A DNA stretch of 64,000 nucleotides from Paraphysomonas bandaiensis (lineage: Eukaryota > Protista > Chrysophyceae). The notes under the pieces are model-generated. The model ran no database searches and was not told the origin of the DNA. It saw only the letters and a program-made list of their open reading frames with translations. A program made the translations under genes and the position numbers. The stretch lies in contig CBFFRP010000046.1 of assembly GCA_965644295.1 (NCBI GenBank), positions 65,276 through 129,275 on the forward strand, written 5' to 3'. Numbering within the stretch: the stretch's first letter is position 1; each line of letters opens with the position of its first letter. Shown here piece after piece: positions 1 to 13,524 of this stretch.

Positions 1-1756
1 CTTGTACAGTCTTCAAGTCGTGGCCATACGACTGCACCAAACTAACATACTTCTTCTCGAGCTCGTCTTGAATAATTGGGCGCTCTAGCAAACCCTCAAA
101 GCTATCGAGCAGCTTAAACCGACCATAGACTGTCGCGCAATCATCAAAAGCAAGGCTCACGACAGCTCCCAGTCGTCGTTCTAGTTCCTTGATAGTGCAC
201 CGGAACTCGTAAAAGTCGTCGTCAAACTCCTTCGCTCCAACATCCATTATATCGTAAGGCACAGATTTAAATTTCGCAACAGCATACTGAAAATCTTCAT
301 AAATCTGCTTGATAGATGCAGTCAGAGTCTTTCCTTTAGTACCACCTACTTCGATTTTTGCAAGTTTACTGAACTGAACAATTGTCTGAGTTAGATCCAG
401 GATATCGTGACACCTTTCGAGGAATGAGTCCAAACGCATGAACAGTGCATTGTTTTGGATCTTCCATGGATTAGCAGGACATTCTGCATTTGCAGTTGCT
501 TTGTAATCAAAATACGTCGATTTAAAAGTTCCACAGACGTGAAGAGTGGTCTTTAGCATCGTGACGGCTTGATTAGCCTCTTCATTCTCAATCATATTAA
601 ATATTTGGGATCCACTGACGTACTTAGTCGCTTGAGCGATCAGGCTATTGCATATCTCTCTCATAAGCACAACTAGGCGTGCCGGTGTATTGTAATGCTT
701 AGAGTTCTTCCAAATGAGAAGAATGATATGAAGCATAGGCTTAAATAATTCAACAGTTTTTGGAAAGTCGTCTTCGCCGTTTAGATTCTGAAACCAAACC
801 TCAAGAGTGCGAAGGTACTTAGTGTTATCGTTAGCCTCCATGCGGGCCGTAAAAACCTCTTTGCAAAGTCTGGCAAATGTAGTACAGTATGTGCTTTTCG
901 ATTGGTCCAGGGCCCGCAGAACACGGCGAATACGAGGTCCTTGTAACTGTTCAAATATTGAATTCAAATTACCGGCCTTGTTCTTCCAGAACTCGATTTC
1001 GACGTCTGGTGTAGGGTGCATTCCTTGTTTCAGCTGCGACTCAGGATCCTGCTTCAGCACACTACGAATTTGCTTTGTCCATGTGATAATTGCTCCTTCC
1101 AACAAGGAGATGCGATTCTTTCCCGTACTGGGACCTCCGCTAAGATCGATAGGCGGCATGGGCAACCTAGTTTCGCCTTTAATCTGGCCGCATATAATGG
1201 TGGTACTTGATAAGAAGTTGTGAAATCGGTCCATTATTTCACGAGTAGGAACCTCACCCCATTTTGCTTGGTTCTGGGGATTCGAGAGAACAGGCAAGAA
1301 TATTTCGTTTGCTAGTAGTTCCAAATGTTCAAAAGGACTAGGACCGCCAAGTTCAGTTGCAATTAACTGCATAACATATCGAATCAAACACTATCAGATG
1401 AATACATACATATGACTCACATCTGACTGAATGTTGTCCATTTTAAGTGTACAAGTCCTTAATTTAACGAAGAGAAGAACTTTTCCTTTCGAGAGCTTTG
1501 ATGGGATGACTTTATCCAACTTCATAGTCTCCGGCACCACTAAACATCGACAGTCTTCCAGCTCACAGAATTGTGTAATCGTCTCTCTGAATAACATCAT
1601 TATTAATCAATACAACAAACAAAGGGATCATGTCAAGCACCTTGTCTCCTCTGTCCCCAATAATTTGTCAAGCTTGGTCCCTGCAAGCTTAGGGAAAGCG
1701 GATGCTATTCTATCTTTAATATATTCAAATCTTTTATCTTCAGATGATTCTGCCAT
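1..1756 (-). CDS. Axonemal (outer-arm-like) dynein heavy chain, N-terminal DHC_N1 region; runs off the window start
   Basis: Spliced translation MAESSEDKRFEYIKDR...FEHLELLANEIFLPVLSNPQNQAKWGEV...LEGAIITWTKQIRSVLKQDPE...EIEFWKNKAGNLNSIFEQL...YNTPARLVVLMREICN matches the DHC tail. Two short GT-AG introns near the 5' end. Confidence 0.9.
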
Positions 1757-2250
1757 GACGTGATACAACTTATTGTTCCTACCCCAATTAGTTGTTTTAT
1801 AATGTGAGGTCACTCACGTGAATGGAAATGGCTGACTCTAACTTGGCTCTATACAATCTTCACACTGCTGGAAGTTTCAACACTGCAGCTGGGTGTGTGT
1901 GTATTCAGATCACAACAATCACTTTCAGTTGAAAAGAAACGGCCGTCGTCAGAATCTTAGAGAGTCACGAAAAACTGAAATTCTTGGCAGTTTGGAGCTG
2001 GGTTTGAAATCTCAACGAATTGTTTTTTTTTTCAATGATTTCGAGCACACACAGACTTTTAACACATCATCCAATCAACTATTATTATGATCTGTTCTAT
2101 CAGTGAACTGATTGGTCACTTTGAAGTCGAAGTGAAGTGAAGTAAAGTGAAAGTCACTTCAAAGTATGCCAAAATCTATCTGTCAGTGACCGGAGCGAGA
2201 GTCCTCATATCTTACATACGCTACTGCTACAGAGGCCTGTATAGTTAATT

Positions 2251-5080
2251 ATGAGTCTGGACAGAGCTCGAGATATAGAAGAAAAACTACGATATTTGTA
2301 AGCCCTCCTGATATGATTATAATGAATGACCTGTTTGTGAAGGGAGTCACGCAGAAGTGTTCTTGAGAAACGCATTCAATTAAGAGAATCGACTTTAGCG
2401 GAGTTCTCCTCTGCTCATGAAAAGAGTATTGAGAGAATGCGTCAGGTGGCTTTAAAGCAGAATGAAGCCGCAAGAGCTCGAAACAGAGAACTACTGAACA
2501 GCATATGCGCTGCAGAGGGATCGATGGCAAATAGGAGCAAACGGGCTGTCTCATCGCGCTCTTCGTCTCAATTAGAGCACGCAAAGAAGTCTTATTTATC
2601 ATTTACAGAGAAACTGCGACCCTATTGGAGGGAGCAACAGACTATTCAGCAGATGGGCATACTCAAACAACTGCAACGGGAGAAGGAGTCTGCGGAAACG
2701 AGAAGAGAGGTATGTGATTGAGGTTATATGAGTTGCGTGGTGATATTGTTGCAGCGTACTTTGAGAGATATGGAGCGAGAACACCAACTGAGGCAAGTTT
2801 TGTGTTTTCTTCTGTGACATTGGGTGACACGTGATTATGCAGGGTTGCAATGGAACAGGAACGGAGACAGTTGTTGCTTTCTTTATCGTTAGAGCAAAGA
2901 GATGCTCTGGAAGCAACTGCCCAGGCGGAGATACTGCGGGAGCAAGGCAGAGCTGTGGAGGAGGTGATTAGCGAGGAGTTCAATTCTTTTGGGGAGGAAT
3001 ACCAGCGACAAGTGTCTGGTGCAGCTGAGAGAGAGGCTACAGAAGCTAGACACACTATCGCCCCACTTTTTGCACCACCACCATCTCGCATTCTACCCCC
3101 AGTCACGCAGAGACTGGTAGATAAAACACCTCCAAGGCTAACTGGTAACGCTCTACGAGCAACAGATAGTACCCGGTTAGAGGGAAGAGTTGAACATCCA
3201 TCAACAACAGCGTATGAGGACAGTGAGCAACCGCTGGTATCAACAAAACCAGACCCACAAAGACCAGCAATTACCTCTCCACAGCCAGTGGGCAGCAAGG
3301 AGCATCCACCAGTACTAGCTAAATTGGCGGGAAGCCCCGAGCAACCACCTGCAGCAAGGCTAGTGGGTAATACTGAGCAACAACGAGAAAAGGTAGTCAG
3401 TTATTCATTAGACGAATCAAACGGTGCTGAGTCGTCCAACGCTGGAGCTTCTGGTAGCGTTGTGCCCGCAGTGTCACCAGCACGTGACCCCGTTATGCGC
3501 TCTGTTTCTGGTGATTCTGGTAGCATTAAGTCACTTGATGCTCCGCGGTCAGACCTTTCTATTAACTCAGCTGGTGATGATAAACCTGAAAAGGTGGAGG
3601 AGAGCAAAAACCTGAGTGCTCCTGCTGCCGTCACTAATCAAGGCATGGCACCCAATCAAGATACACCAATACCAGCCACTCCCTCTTTAGTCACTCAGGC
3701 TTCATCTTCTGATGATATCCCACTGGACCGGAACATGCTTGTCGTTTCTGCAGACAGATTATCTGCCGAGCTCCCTCCGCGACCCCCCCGTAGGTCTCAG
3801 GAACAGGAAACAGGAAAGGATTTATCGGTGACTGACGAATCTAAAAGCACAACAGATTTGCGTATAACTAGTACCATGGAAACTACTCAAGTAGCTGCTC
3901 TGCTACAAGCTGTATGTTCCTATCTGGAGAACATGGACGAGCCATTGGTTGTGAAAAAAGCGTATTTCACAGCCGCCAATGATGCAAACAGCGTACCCAG
4001 CAGTGAAGTTATGAATCTCATTAACGACCATGGGAAGAATAAGGTGTTTTCGTCGTCTGCTGCGGCTGCAGCGATTCTTATACTGAAGGTGGCTGATGAA
4101 AAGGGGTCGTATATGCTTCCAAGGTACTGTATGCCATGGAACACGATAGTGATGTAATAACATGTGCTAGTGATCTCTTGAACGGAGTAGTGTCTGTGGA
4201 AAAAGTGAACAAAAGTCATAAGAAGATGGGAGGTCACCGCGCTGAAGTTTGGACAGCTCTGACAGATCACATGCGACGGATAATAGAGTCGAAGCGAATG
4301 TCGCAGGAGGAGATTTGCAAGTAGTATTCGTGGTGTGACCTTACCGTATGTAACACTGTAATGTAGGATAGTTACGTCGTCTCTGGTCAATCACATAGAT
4401 GCAGATGATAGGTCAAGGGTAGAGAGGAAGGTAGTTTATATATTTTGACGTACCGTCTAAATTGACCGTGCGTGAAGGTGCTAAAGCTGGTTCAATTGGC
4501 CGTTCTGCCACCTGAGAAGGAGGTCCACCGTTATCACTCATAAGTATATTTATTTTAATCATATGTATTAGAGTCATACCCCTCGTCCGCCGGTGCCCCC
4601 ACCTCGTAAGTTTGGTATTTCATACGACCCCTCCCCAACCCCTCCAGGTTCATGACACTTTATTTTATAAAATATGCCGGCTAATGTAATTTGACGAATA
4701 GATACACCCTCCATTAAGACATACAGTGAAGGGGGATTATCGGCACCGACCTCGCCTGCGGTGAATGTCGATCTGACCATACCATCTCCGGCAAGAGCAC
4801 CAAATAGTTCTACAAAGGTAATATCATCGAGGTTTATAAATAATTCCTCAATCTCTAAATAGAGCAAAACTGTTTCAACTCTCCCCATGTCCAGCCAAAT
4901 TCTCAAATCTGCTGCCTTGGCTAAATTCCAGGTTTGATGTTGAACAATGTAGTGATGAGCATTGATGTTGTTGTGCAGGTGGACGACGATGAAATTGAAG
5001 ATGATGACGGGTTTGAAGCCCCTGCCATAGTCATGCGTGATCTCTCGGAACAACAAGACGATGATGAATTTGACTTTTAG
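2251..5080 (+). CDS. Multi-exon coiled-coil / low-complexity protein, possibly Kizuna-like centrosomal protein
   Basis: ATG at 2251, several short introns (one GC-AG at 2793-2842), large exon containing ORF 2850-4157. N-terminal coiled coil (ESRRSVLEKRI...EAARARNRELL) and acidic end ...QQDDDEFDF* recall Kizuna. The gene is well supported, the identity is tentative. Confidence 0.6.
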
Positions 5081-5761
5081 ATGTCCTGTGTTGACTGATA
5101 GCGTGATGTATGTATATATCTGCAGGTTTGATGGTAGTAGTATTTCGAGTTGTCTAGCATGTGTCGGTAGTAAATTAGTTGCATTTCGATAATAATACGT
5201 GCATGAATAGACACTTTCTTTTACCTTTATGCTAAAGCTGGGTCAATGGTTATATATGAAAATTTTATGCTTTTTCATTATTGAAGCTCTGTCCACTTTA
5301 TTTCAGAGTGATCTATTCAACAGAGTTTCACTCGATTATACATGCAAGCACATAGAAAGTGTTCATTTAGCTTCCCCCAAAATACGACTGTTCAATTGTA
5401 TTGAAAACTTGTTTTTGATATGACGTAATTCTCAAGAAGTGGTACTGTAGGTAACTAGGTAACTTTTGTTCTGCTTTTACTATTACCTTCTATCTACTTC
5501 GTAATACTTTAACAAATCAAACACCAAGACAAGCGAAATATCATTGAATTCACTAAGCTCGAATAAACCACGGGTTGGGCATTAAATTAACGCTATAATC
5601 TTGTCAAAATGTACTACATCCCGTAAATTTAGGTGACAGGAGTGACACAGCACCACATTGTGTGAGGAACAGAGTTTTTAGGTATTATACACTCGCCGTC
5701 CGTCTAGGACATGATACATTCGCATCAACTTGAAACCAATACAAAGCACTACCAGGTATAA

Positions 5762-6195
5762 CTATGTTTCTGTTACATTTTTCACATAAAAAATAACGTC
5801 ATCTTGTTCTGAAGCTTCTTCCCTCCTTCGCCTCTTCACAGGAGCTGTTACATTAACGTTAAGCACGATAGTGACTGCAATGGCAACACAAACTTACATT
5901 CAACTAGATGAGACCATCCTTGAGCCTCCGCAAACTCCTTCTCCTTCAAGTTGAACTCCTTCTTCTGGTCCCGAAGCAGTGGTACTACATACTTACCCGT
6001 CTCTATTCCGACTACAGCACCATCCCGAAGGACAGTATTTGCCTGGGGGGTTTGAAGAAATTGCGCAGCTCTCGAGGAAACAAACATGCCATCAAATAGA
6101 TTTGTAAACTTGGCCTTCTTGAGCAGCTCTGCAGGATTTGAGGAGAGCAGAGGGAATACTTTGACCCCCTGGAATGATTCTACAATACACTCAGC
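5762..6195 (-). pseudogene. Duplicated 3' fragment of DNAAF3
   Basis: Same sequence as 7929-8362 (AECIVESFQGVKVFPL...VKNVTET*); lacks the 5' part of the gene. Confidence 0.85.
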
Positions 6196-6196
6196 G

Positions 6197-7247
6197 ATGG
6201 GAAGAATAAGGTGTTTTCGTCGTCTGCTGCGGCTGCAGCGATTCTTATACTGAAGGTGGCTGATGAAAAGGGGTCGTATATGCTTCCAAGGTACTGTATG
6301 CCATGGAACACGATAGTGATGTAATAACATGTGCTAGTGATCTCTTGAACGGAGTAGTGTCTGTGGAAAAAGTGAACAAAAGTCATAAGAAGATGGGAGG
6401 TCACCGCGCTGAAGTTTGGACAGCTCTGACAGATCACATGCGACGGATAATAGAGTCGAAGCGAATGTCGCAGGAGGAGATTTGCAAGTAGTATTCGTGG
6501 TGTGACCTTACCGTATGTAACACTGTAATGTAGGATAGTTACGTCGTCTCTGGTCAATCACATAGATGCAGATGATAGGTCAAGGGTAGAGAGGAAGGTA
6601 GTTTATATATTTTGACGTACCGTCTAAATTGACCGTGCGTGAAGGTGCTAAAGCTGGTTCAATTGGCCGTTCTGCCACCTGAGAAGGAGGTCCACCGTTA
6701 TCACTCATAAGTATATTTATTTTAATCATATGTATTAGAGTCATACCCCTCGTCCGCCGGTGCCCCCACCTCGTAAGTTTGGTATTTCATACGACCCCTC
6801 CCCAACCCCTCCAGGTTCATGACACTTTATTTTATAAAATATGCCGGCTAATGTAATTTGACGAATAGATACACCCTCCATTAAGACATACAGTGAAGGG
6901 GGATTATCGGCACCGACCTCGCCTGCGGTGAATGTCGATCTGACCATACCATCTCCGGCAAGAGCACCAAATAGTTCTACAAAGGTAATATCATCGAGGT
7001 TTATAAATAATTCCTCAATCTCTAAATAGAGCAAAACTGTTTCAACTCTCCCCATGTCCAGCCAAATTCTCAAATCTGCTGCCTTGGCTAAATTCCAGGT
7101 TTGATGTTGAACAATGTAGTGATGAGCATTGATGTTGTTGTGCAGGTGGACGACGATGAAATTGAAGATGATGACGGGTTTGAAGCCCCTGCCATAGTCA
7201 TGCGTGATCTCTCGGAACAACAAGACGATGATGAATTTGACTTTTAG
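6197..7247 (+). pseudogene. Duplicated 3' fragment of the Kizuna-like gene
   Basis: Copy of 4030-5080 without promoter or start. Confidence 0.85.
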
Positions 7248-7928
7248 ATGTCCTGTGTTGACTGATAGCGTGATGTATGTATATATCTGCAGGTTTGATG
7301 GTAGTAGTATTTCGAGTTGTCTAGCATGTGTCGGTAGTAAATTAGTTGCATTTCGATAATAATACGTGCATGAATAGACACTTTCTTTTACCTTTATGCT
7401 AAAGCTGGGTCAATGGTTATATATGAAAATTTTATGCTTTTTCATTATTGAAGCTCTGTCCACTTTATTTCAGAGTGATCTATTCAACAGAGTTTCACTC
7501 GATTATACATGCAAGCACATAGAAAGTGTTCATTTAGCTTCCCCCAAAATACGACTGTTCAATTGTATTGAAAACTTGTTTTTGATATGACGTAATTCTC
7601 AAGAAGTGGTACTGTAGGTAACTAGGTAACTTTTGTTCTGCTTTTACTATTACCTTCTATCTACTTCGTAATACTTTAACAAATCAAACACCAAGACAAG
7701 CGAAATATCATTGAATTCACTAAGCTCGAATAAACCACGGGTTGGGCATTAAATTAACGCTATAATCTTGTCAAAATGTACTACATCCCGTAAATTTAGG
7801 TGACAGGAGTGACACAGCACCACATTGTGTGAGGAACAGAGTTTTTAGGTATTATACACTCGCCGTCCGTCTAGGACATGATACATTCGCATCAACTTGA
7901 AACCAATACAAAGCACTACCAGGTATAA

Positions 7929-9729
7929 CTATGTTTCTGTTACATTTTTCACATAAAAAATAACGTCATCTTGTTCTGAAGCTTCTTCCCTCCTTCGCCT
8001 CTTCACAGGAGCTGTTACATTAACGTTAAGCACGATAGTGACTGCAATGGCAACACAAACTTACATTCAACTAGATGAGACCATCCTTGAGCCTCCGCAA
8101 ACTCCTTCTCCTTCAAGTTGAACTCCTTCTTCTGGTCCCGAAGCAGTGGTACTACATACTTACCCGTCTCTATTCCGACTACAGCACCATCCCGAAGGAC
8201 AGTATTTGCCTGGGGGGTTTGAAGAAATTGCGCAGCTCTCGAGGAAACAAACATGCCATCAAATAGATTTGTAAACTTGGCCTTCTTGAGCAGCTCTGCA
8301 GGATTTGAGGAGAGCAGAGGGAATACTTTGACCCCCTGGAATGATTCTACAATACACTCAGCTCGTTTGAGCTCTGCCGCCAACATCCCCTCGTCATCAT
8401 CATCTTCATCTTGTGCTACCATTGGCGCCGGCTTTTCGGCCGCATCGCTATCCTTGCACTCATCACCATCATCATCCAGGTCAAGAACCTCCTCAATAAC
8501 AGGAAGTTTTTCCTCATCTTTCTTATCAGTCTCACTGGGTGCTAAACTCTCACTCTTTCCCAATCCACTAAATATGTCATTTTTCCTGGTCATCAAGTAT
8601 GGGCTGCCTGTTTCAACTTCCCACAACATGCTAAACATATTGAACACCGCTACTTCCACAGTGTTGTGCCTGTGCTGTTCTGTACCAGTACCCTGCGCAG
8701 TTACTCTGTTAGCAAGTAGCATTGTATTGTATATTCAGACCACATGCCTAGTCATTCCCATAATATTGAGCAACATACCTTGTTGAGAATCTCAAAGAGT
8801 CCCTCCGTATAGGTTGAAGCGGGATCTGGTAAATTGGAGTCAGCATCAACCCCAAGACAAAAGTAGGGCGATGCAACTATATCTCCCCAAAAGCCTTTCA
8901 CCTGTATCATCATCGCCTCAACTAGGCACTACACTTACAGCTTGGTTTTCCATACCTCTTTGTGATGCCCGGCGTCTTTTCCACGCTTCATGGTGCCTTC
9001 CACATAAGTCATCATAGTGCGATTACCCTCGTCGTAGGTTTGATCGCCAAATTCAAATGCTACCCCCTTTTCCCGCCAATCTCGATACAAGGTTATGTGC
9101 ACAATAGATGCTGCCGTTTCGCGAAGTGAGTATTGGAAATCCCAGTCGGCAAGTGCGCGTCGGGAGTCAAAACGTTCTGCGTAGAACCCGCGCATTCGAT
9201 GGTCACGCAGAGTAGCCATATCACATGGAACTTTCCTAGAATAATTTTTAAATATATTTTCAAGTTCATCTTTGTCCTTGTATCTCATGTGCTGAAAGTC
9301 CACTAAGTTTAGACTGGTGGAGTTATTCGCGACAGAATTTATTAACTTGTGTCCCAATTGTTCTATATACCGAGCAGTTCTCTCCTGAACAAGAGCGTTA
9401 CCGAATATTTCAAGGAAAACATTCGCTCTCTGTCGAATCGGAACCTCAAAATCCAAAAATGCTTCCAATAGCAGTAAGTCGCGTGCCAATACTTCACACG
9501 GCGACTCCAGTATATAGAAATTAACAGATCGGTTTGAGTGACGTCTTCTTCTGGATATCGTATAGATGATATGCCTGATGTCTCCTGGATTAACCAGAAG
9601 GATGTTTACGGGATCACTGCCATCAACTGATGCAGTACACGCCTTCTCTATAGCTTCCAGAACATCAAAAGTAGAGGACAGTCCCCACATAGCATGATGC
9701 CCAAGACCACGTATGATTACCTCTGACAT
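7929..9729 (-). CDS. DNAAF3: Dynein axonemal assembly factor 3 (PF22; DUF4470/DUF4471)
   Basis: GLGHHAMWGLS, NILLVNPGDIRHI, EVLARDLLLL, FLEIFGN, YRDWREKGVAFE, GFWGDIVASPY motifs; four exons ending ...VKNVTET*. Confidence 0.88.
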
Positions 9730-10303
9730 TGGCTTTACTAGCTCAGCAATCTCTTAGAGAAATGAACTGGAAGATGGTATGTAACAGATGGAAGGTGTGC
9801 ACAGTTCTGCTGTATCAGTGTATCAGTACATGCTGTGTATGAGCAGTATATAAGTACTTCTCATGTTTGTACTGCTGCAGTACGGTGTATGGAGGAGTAC
9901 AAGTCACAGAGGTACATATCGAAACGTTTCCTGATATGGGTCGGTAGTGCTGGAATACGGCTGTATACTACCATACTAATAAAGATCCTCTTGACTCTCT
10001 GGTATCGGCAGTCAGCATCTTATTTTTCGTATTTATATTGAAGCAAAATTTGTCTATATTACTGCAATACTACTACGGCTGTAATACAGATAATTGTTGC
10101 CTCAATATTAGAGGCACCTTTGAACAAAAATAGACGAAGGATGCCGTATATGTACGTATGTATATATCCCTCGCACTGAACTATACTTAGCTCCAAGACA
10201 CTATCTACACTGGAGCCAAGCCTTCCTTCACATAAGTGAAACATTCATTTGTCTAATCATAATAGCAGTACTCTTCCATCTCCTATCCATTATATTCTGT
10301 TCT

Positions 10304-11148
10304 ATGGCCACCTCATCGAGCGGAGTGTCTCCCGTCGTCAGTGTTTTATCCGATCAACAGACTTTAAAAGATGAGATCGCAAACATGTTAGTCCAAAAAT
10401 CAAGAGACGCTATCTCATCACACGGGAAGTTCTCCGTTGCATTGTCTGGGGGATCCATGCCAAAGCTTCTCTCTGGTCTGGCCGATCGCAATGATGTTGA
10501 TTGGGCGGCATGGCACGTGTATTTCGCTGATGAGAGATGTGTTCCCCTTGATGATGATGACAGTAACTTCAAAGCATGTAATAGCAGCTTTCTGAGCAAA
10601 GTTCCGATCCCAGAGAGTAATATATTCGTGATCGATGGTTTCGAGAGTCCGGATGATGCTGCGTCAAACTATGAGACGAAACTGCGGAATCTATACCCTG
10701 ATGCCTCATTGGATCTTGTTTTATTGGGACTTGGGCCAGATGGACACACTGCATCCCTATTTCCTGATCATGAATTGTTGCGTTATGATGGCGAGAGGGC
10801 AGTTGTACCAATATTTGACTCGCCTAAGCCACCGAGCCGCAGAATCACTCTGACCTTGGCAACTATAAACAAAAGCAAGGAGGTATATTTTTTCTGTAGC
10901 ACAATCCGGTCTCAATGTGCGCTAGGTTATGTTCATCGCTACAGGTTCATCTAAAGCAGGAGTTCTGCGGAGAATAATTCAGGAGAATGACTTTGCACTT
11001 CCCGCGACACATGTCAGGTATCAATAGTGTGTATATTCTTCCATGTCGTAAAGAATAAATGTACGTTAGGCCCGTTTCTGGTAAGCTTACATGGATTTTG
11101 GACCGTGAAGCTGCCGCAGAATTAACAGCATCCAGCCAGGAACTGTAG
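10304..11148 (+). CDS. PGLS: 6-phosphogluconolactonase
   Basis: ALSGGSMP, FADERCVP, LLGLGPDGHTASLFP, SPKPPSRRITLTL; two short 3' introns give ...TGSSKA...WILDREAAAEL...*. Confidence 0.95.
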
Positions 11149-11617
11149 TGTGTAGTTTGCTCTGCTTGTCTACGAACTAGCCTTTACAATGTATGATCCT
11201 TAAAAATCAGTAATTCCATGTACCATGTTGGAAGAATGGAATTACCAGAGTAGAGTATATTGCTCGAACTTACAATTATTAAGACTTACAATTATTCAAG
11301 AATACTTGATCTCGTGAATACTGAACTGTTAAAGAAAACTTAATAGTTTCGGGTTACAGTTATCAGACTGCATTGAATGTTTCAGGAGCATAAGTAATCG
11401 TAGAATCTTCTCTGTCGTTTCGGCAGTCGAAATTGAAATACAATTATCGTTTGCTTAAAGTTGAAGGAGAGTAGTGTCTGCCGTTGCATTGCATTTTGCT
11501 TTTGATATATAAAACAATAATAGTTTAGGCTACAAGACGGTAGTATAAAACATAGAAGATGTGTTGGACATGCTTGTGTATCAATTGCTGAATTGCCAAT
11601 TAAAATAATTGGCTATA

Positions 11618-12063
11618 TATTGAAAGTCTTATTATTAGCAATAGGCGTTAAAAACCTGCACCAACAACATAGTAGCTAGATGAATGCTAGACAAACTAGT
11701 TAGACCTCTACCTGTAACTAATCAGTACACACTTTTTTTATTCTACTACTTAACGCTACGGAAGCTGCTTGTGCGTCGCCGCAAGCACCAAGGTTCGACC
11801 ACTTCCCCTCTGAGTTCTTAAGGGGAACATCCCGGATGCTTGACTTCAGCAGGCAGCCCAATACCCCGGTTATACCCTTCAGGTGGGCCCATTCCCGGAT
11901 TCCTGTTTATTCGTCAGGGCCCAAAGAGGTCTACACAACACTCAAAGTCGGACTCGAACCTTTTCGTGGTGTTCTGGGGGATATGTACCGGAGAGATTCT
12001 CTCTGGGAAACTAACGTGAGCCGCAAACATAGTCAACAGATATTCTTCTGCCCACGCTTAGCC
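11618..12063. repeat. Copy of dispersed ~520 bp repeat family (internally inverted)
   Basis: 11618-11935 is the reverse complement of ~21450-21795; 11940-12063 is a forward match to 21275-21408. Confidence 0.85.
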
Positions 12064-12087
12064 AAACCCTAACCCTAATCGAATAAT

Positions 12088-12517
12088 TTGCCTACGTGGT
12101 ACAGTTTCAGATTCAATGGGAGTGAGTTCGATTTACATGTGTTTAGTGACTCAGACTGGGCTGGTGATAGGATGACTCGGCGGTCCAAAACAGGATACAT
12201 CGTGTTTTATGTGCGGGCGCTTTGGCCTGGCAGTCCAAGCTTCAGACCACAGTTGCGACTTCGAGCATGGAATCTGAGTATATGGCGGAGTATGCGGCTA
12301 TATGAAACAACTGGTGTGGCTTCGGGGGGTATTCAAGGAGCTCGGACTCTTAGTATCGAAGCCGACTCCATTCTTTATGGACAGCAAGAGTGCAAAGGAT
12401 TTTTCTGAGAACCCAGTGTATCATAAGAGGTCGAAGCATGTTGACATCAAGAAGTATCACTTGGTAAGAGAGTATGCTAATGGAAAATTTCCTACAGCAA
12501 TGATTCATGTTGGTTAA
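12088..12517 (+). mobile_element. Ty1/Copia RNase H fragment (frameshifted)
   Basis: VFSDSDWAGD..TRRSKTGY, WQSKLQTTVATSSMESEY, MDSKSA..FSENPVYHKRSKHVDIK..HLVRE spread across frames. Confidence 0.9.
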
Positions 12518-12706
12518 TCATAATTGTGTGACAGCATAAGGGTCAGTATGCACTTTAATCTCAGCACACAAGAGTAAAAACATGACAAAGATCATAGGCG
12601 AAGAACAAGCTGAGCACCTCCACAACGATCGTCGAGATACATAGCATATAAGCTGATCGCAGATATTCAACGGCTTCAAAATATTCAAGAGTATAGAAGT
12701 GTAAAT

Positions 12707-13026
12707 GACCCTCAACAAATTCGGACTCGCACCTTTTCGAGGTGTTCTGGTGAACAGCGCGGATGCTTGACTTCACCCCGGTTACACTTCAGGTGGGCCC
12801 TGTTCCAGATGCCCTTGAGGTGGGCCATTCCCGGATGCCTGTTTATTCGTCACGGCCCAAAGACGTCTACACAAGTGACACTTATTAGTGTTCCATGTAC
12901 CACACAAGCATTCGGCTATGAGTGGGCAGACCAATATATGCTGTTTATGTTTGTGGCTCACGTTTGTTTCCCAGAGAGAATCTCTCCGGTACTTATCCCC
13001 AGAACATTCGAGTCCGACTTGAGGGT
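12707..13026. repeat. Copy of dispersed repeat family with inverted ends
   Basis: Starts accctcaacaaattcggactcg and ends cgagtccgacttgagggt; the interior is the reverse complement of ~21330-21590. Confidence 0.85.
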
Positions 13027-13524
13027 GCTTGACTCTTGATTAATTGTTGGATATTAATATCCGATATTGGATACCTGTCACTAATTAATAGTTGCACAAG
13101 CCTGGTGCTGGGTACCTGACATTTATGTGAATTCGGTGTTTTGCAGCACGCGGACGGATTATAACGTAGTACTATAACACCGAAGCTCTGGAATACTATA
13201 TTCGGCTGTAGCGCGAAGCAAATGCTGTATTGAAACTATATCATTTTACTTCTTATATTTACTTATATATGTAATATGAACAGCAATATGGAACAATGAT
13301 GAACATTTCCAATATCTCCACTTACAAGAATGCATGAACTAGGAGGTTGCTTACATTGAACAAGCCGCATAAACATCAATTCGACGGCACCTTACACTTT
13401 CAACGAGCAAATCAACATTGGTGCTACTAACACAGTCCACAGCATGATAGAGTGCCATCACATAATATTCGATCAGATAACACTAGGTTAAATCCAAATA
13501 TTAGTTGTTGACAGTAGATACTAG

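Larger units (their letters stand above)
4030..8362. repeat. Direct tandem duplication: 4030-6195 and 6197-8362 (period 2167 bp)
   Basis: Copies look identical at offset 2167 (ORFs 4574/6741, 5229/7396, 4136/6303 translate identically). One extra G at junction position 6196. Confidence 0.97.

Noticed and set aside
5848-6330. Chimeric 160-aa ORF across the duplication junction
   Set aside because: It is antisense Kizuna-like sequence fused by chance to the DNAAF3 tail, with no sign of a promoter, and the junction may be artefactual.
11770-11805. tRNA gene or SINE suggested by ...GCACCA and GGTTCGACC
   Set aside because: The elements are in the wrong order for a cloverleaf and no A-box or arms could be built; kept only as a possible primer-binding site.
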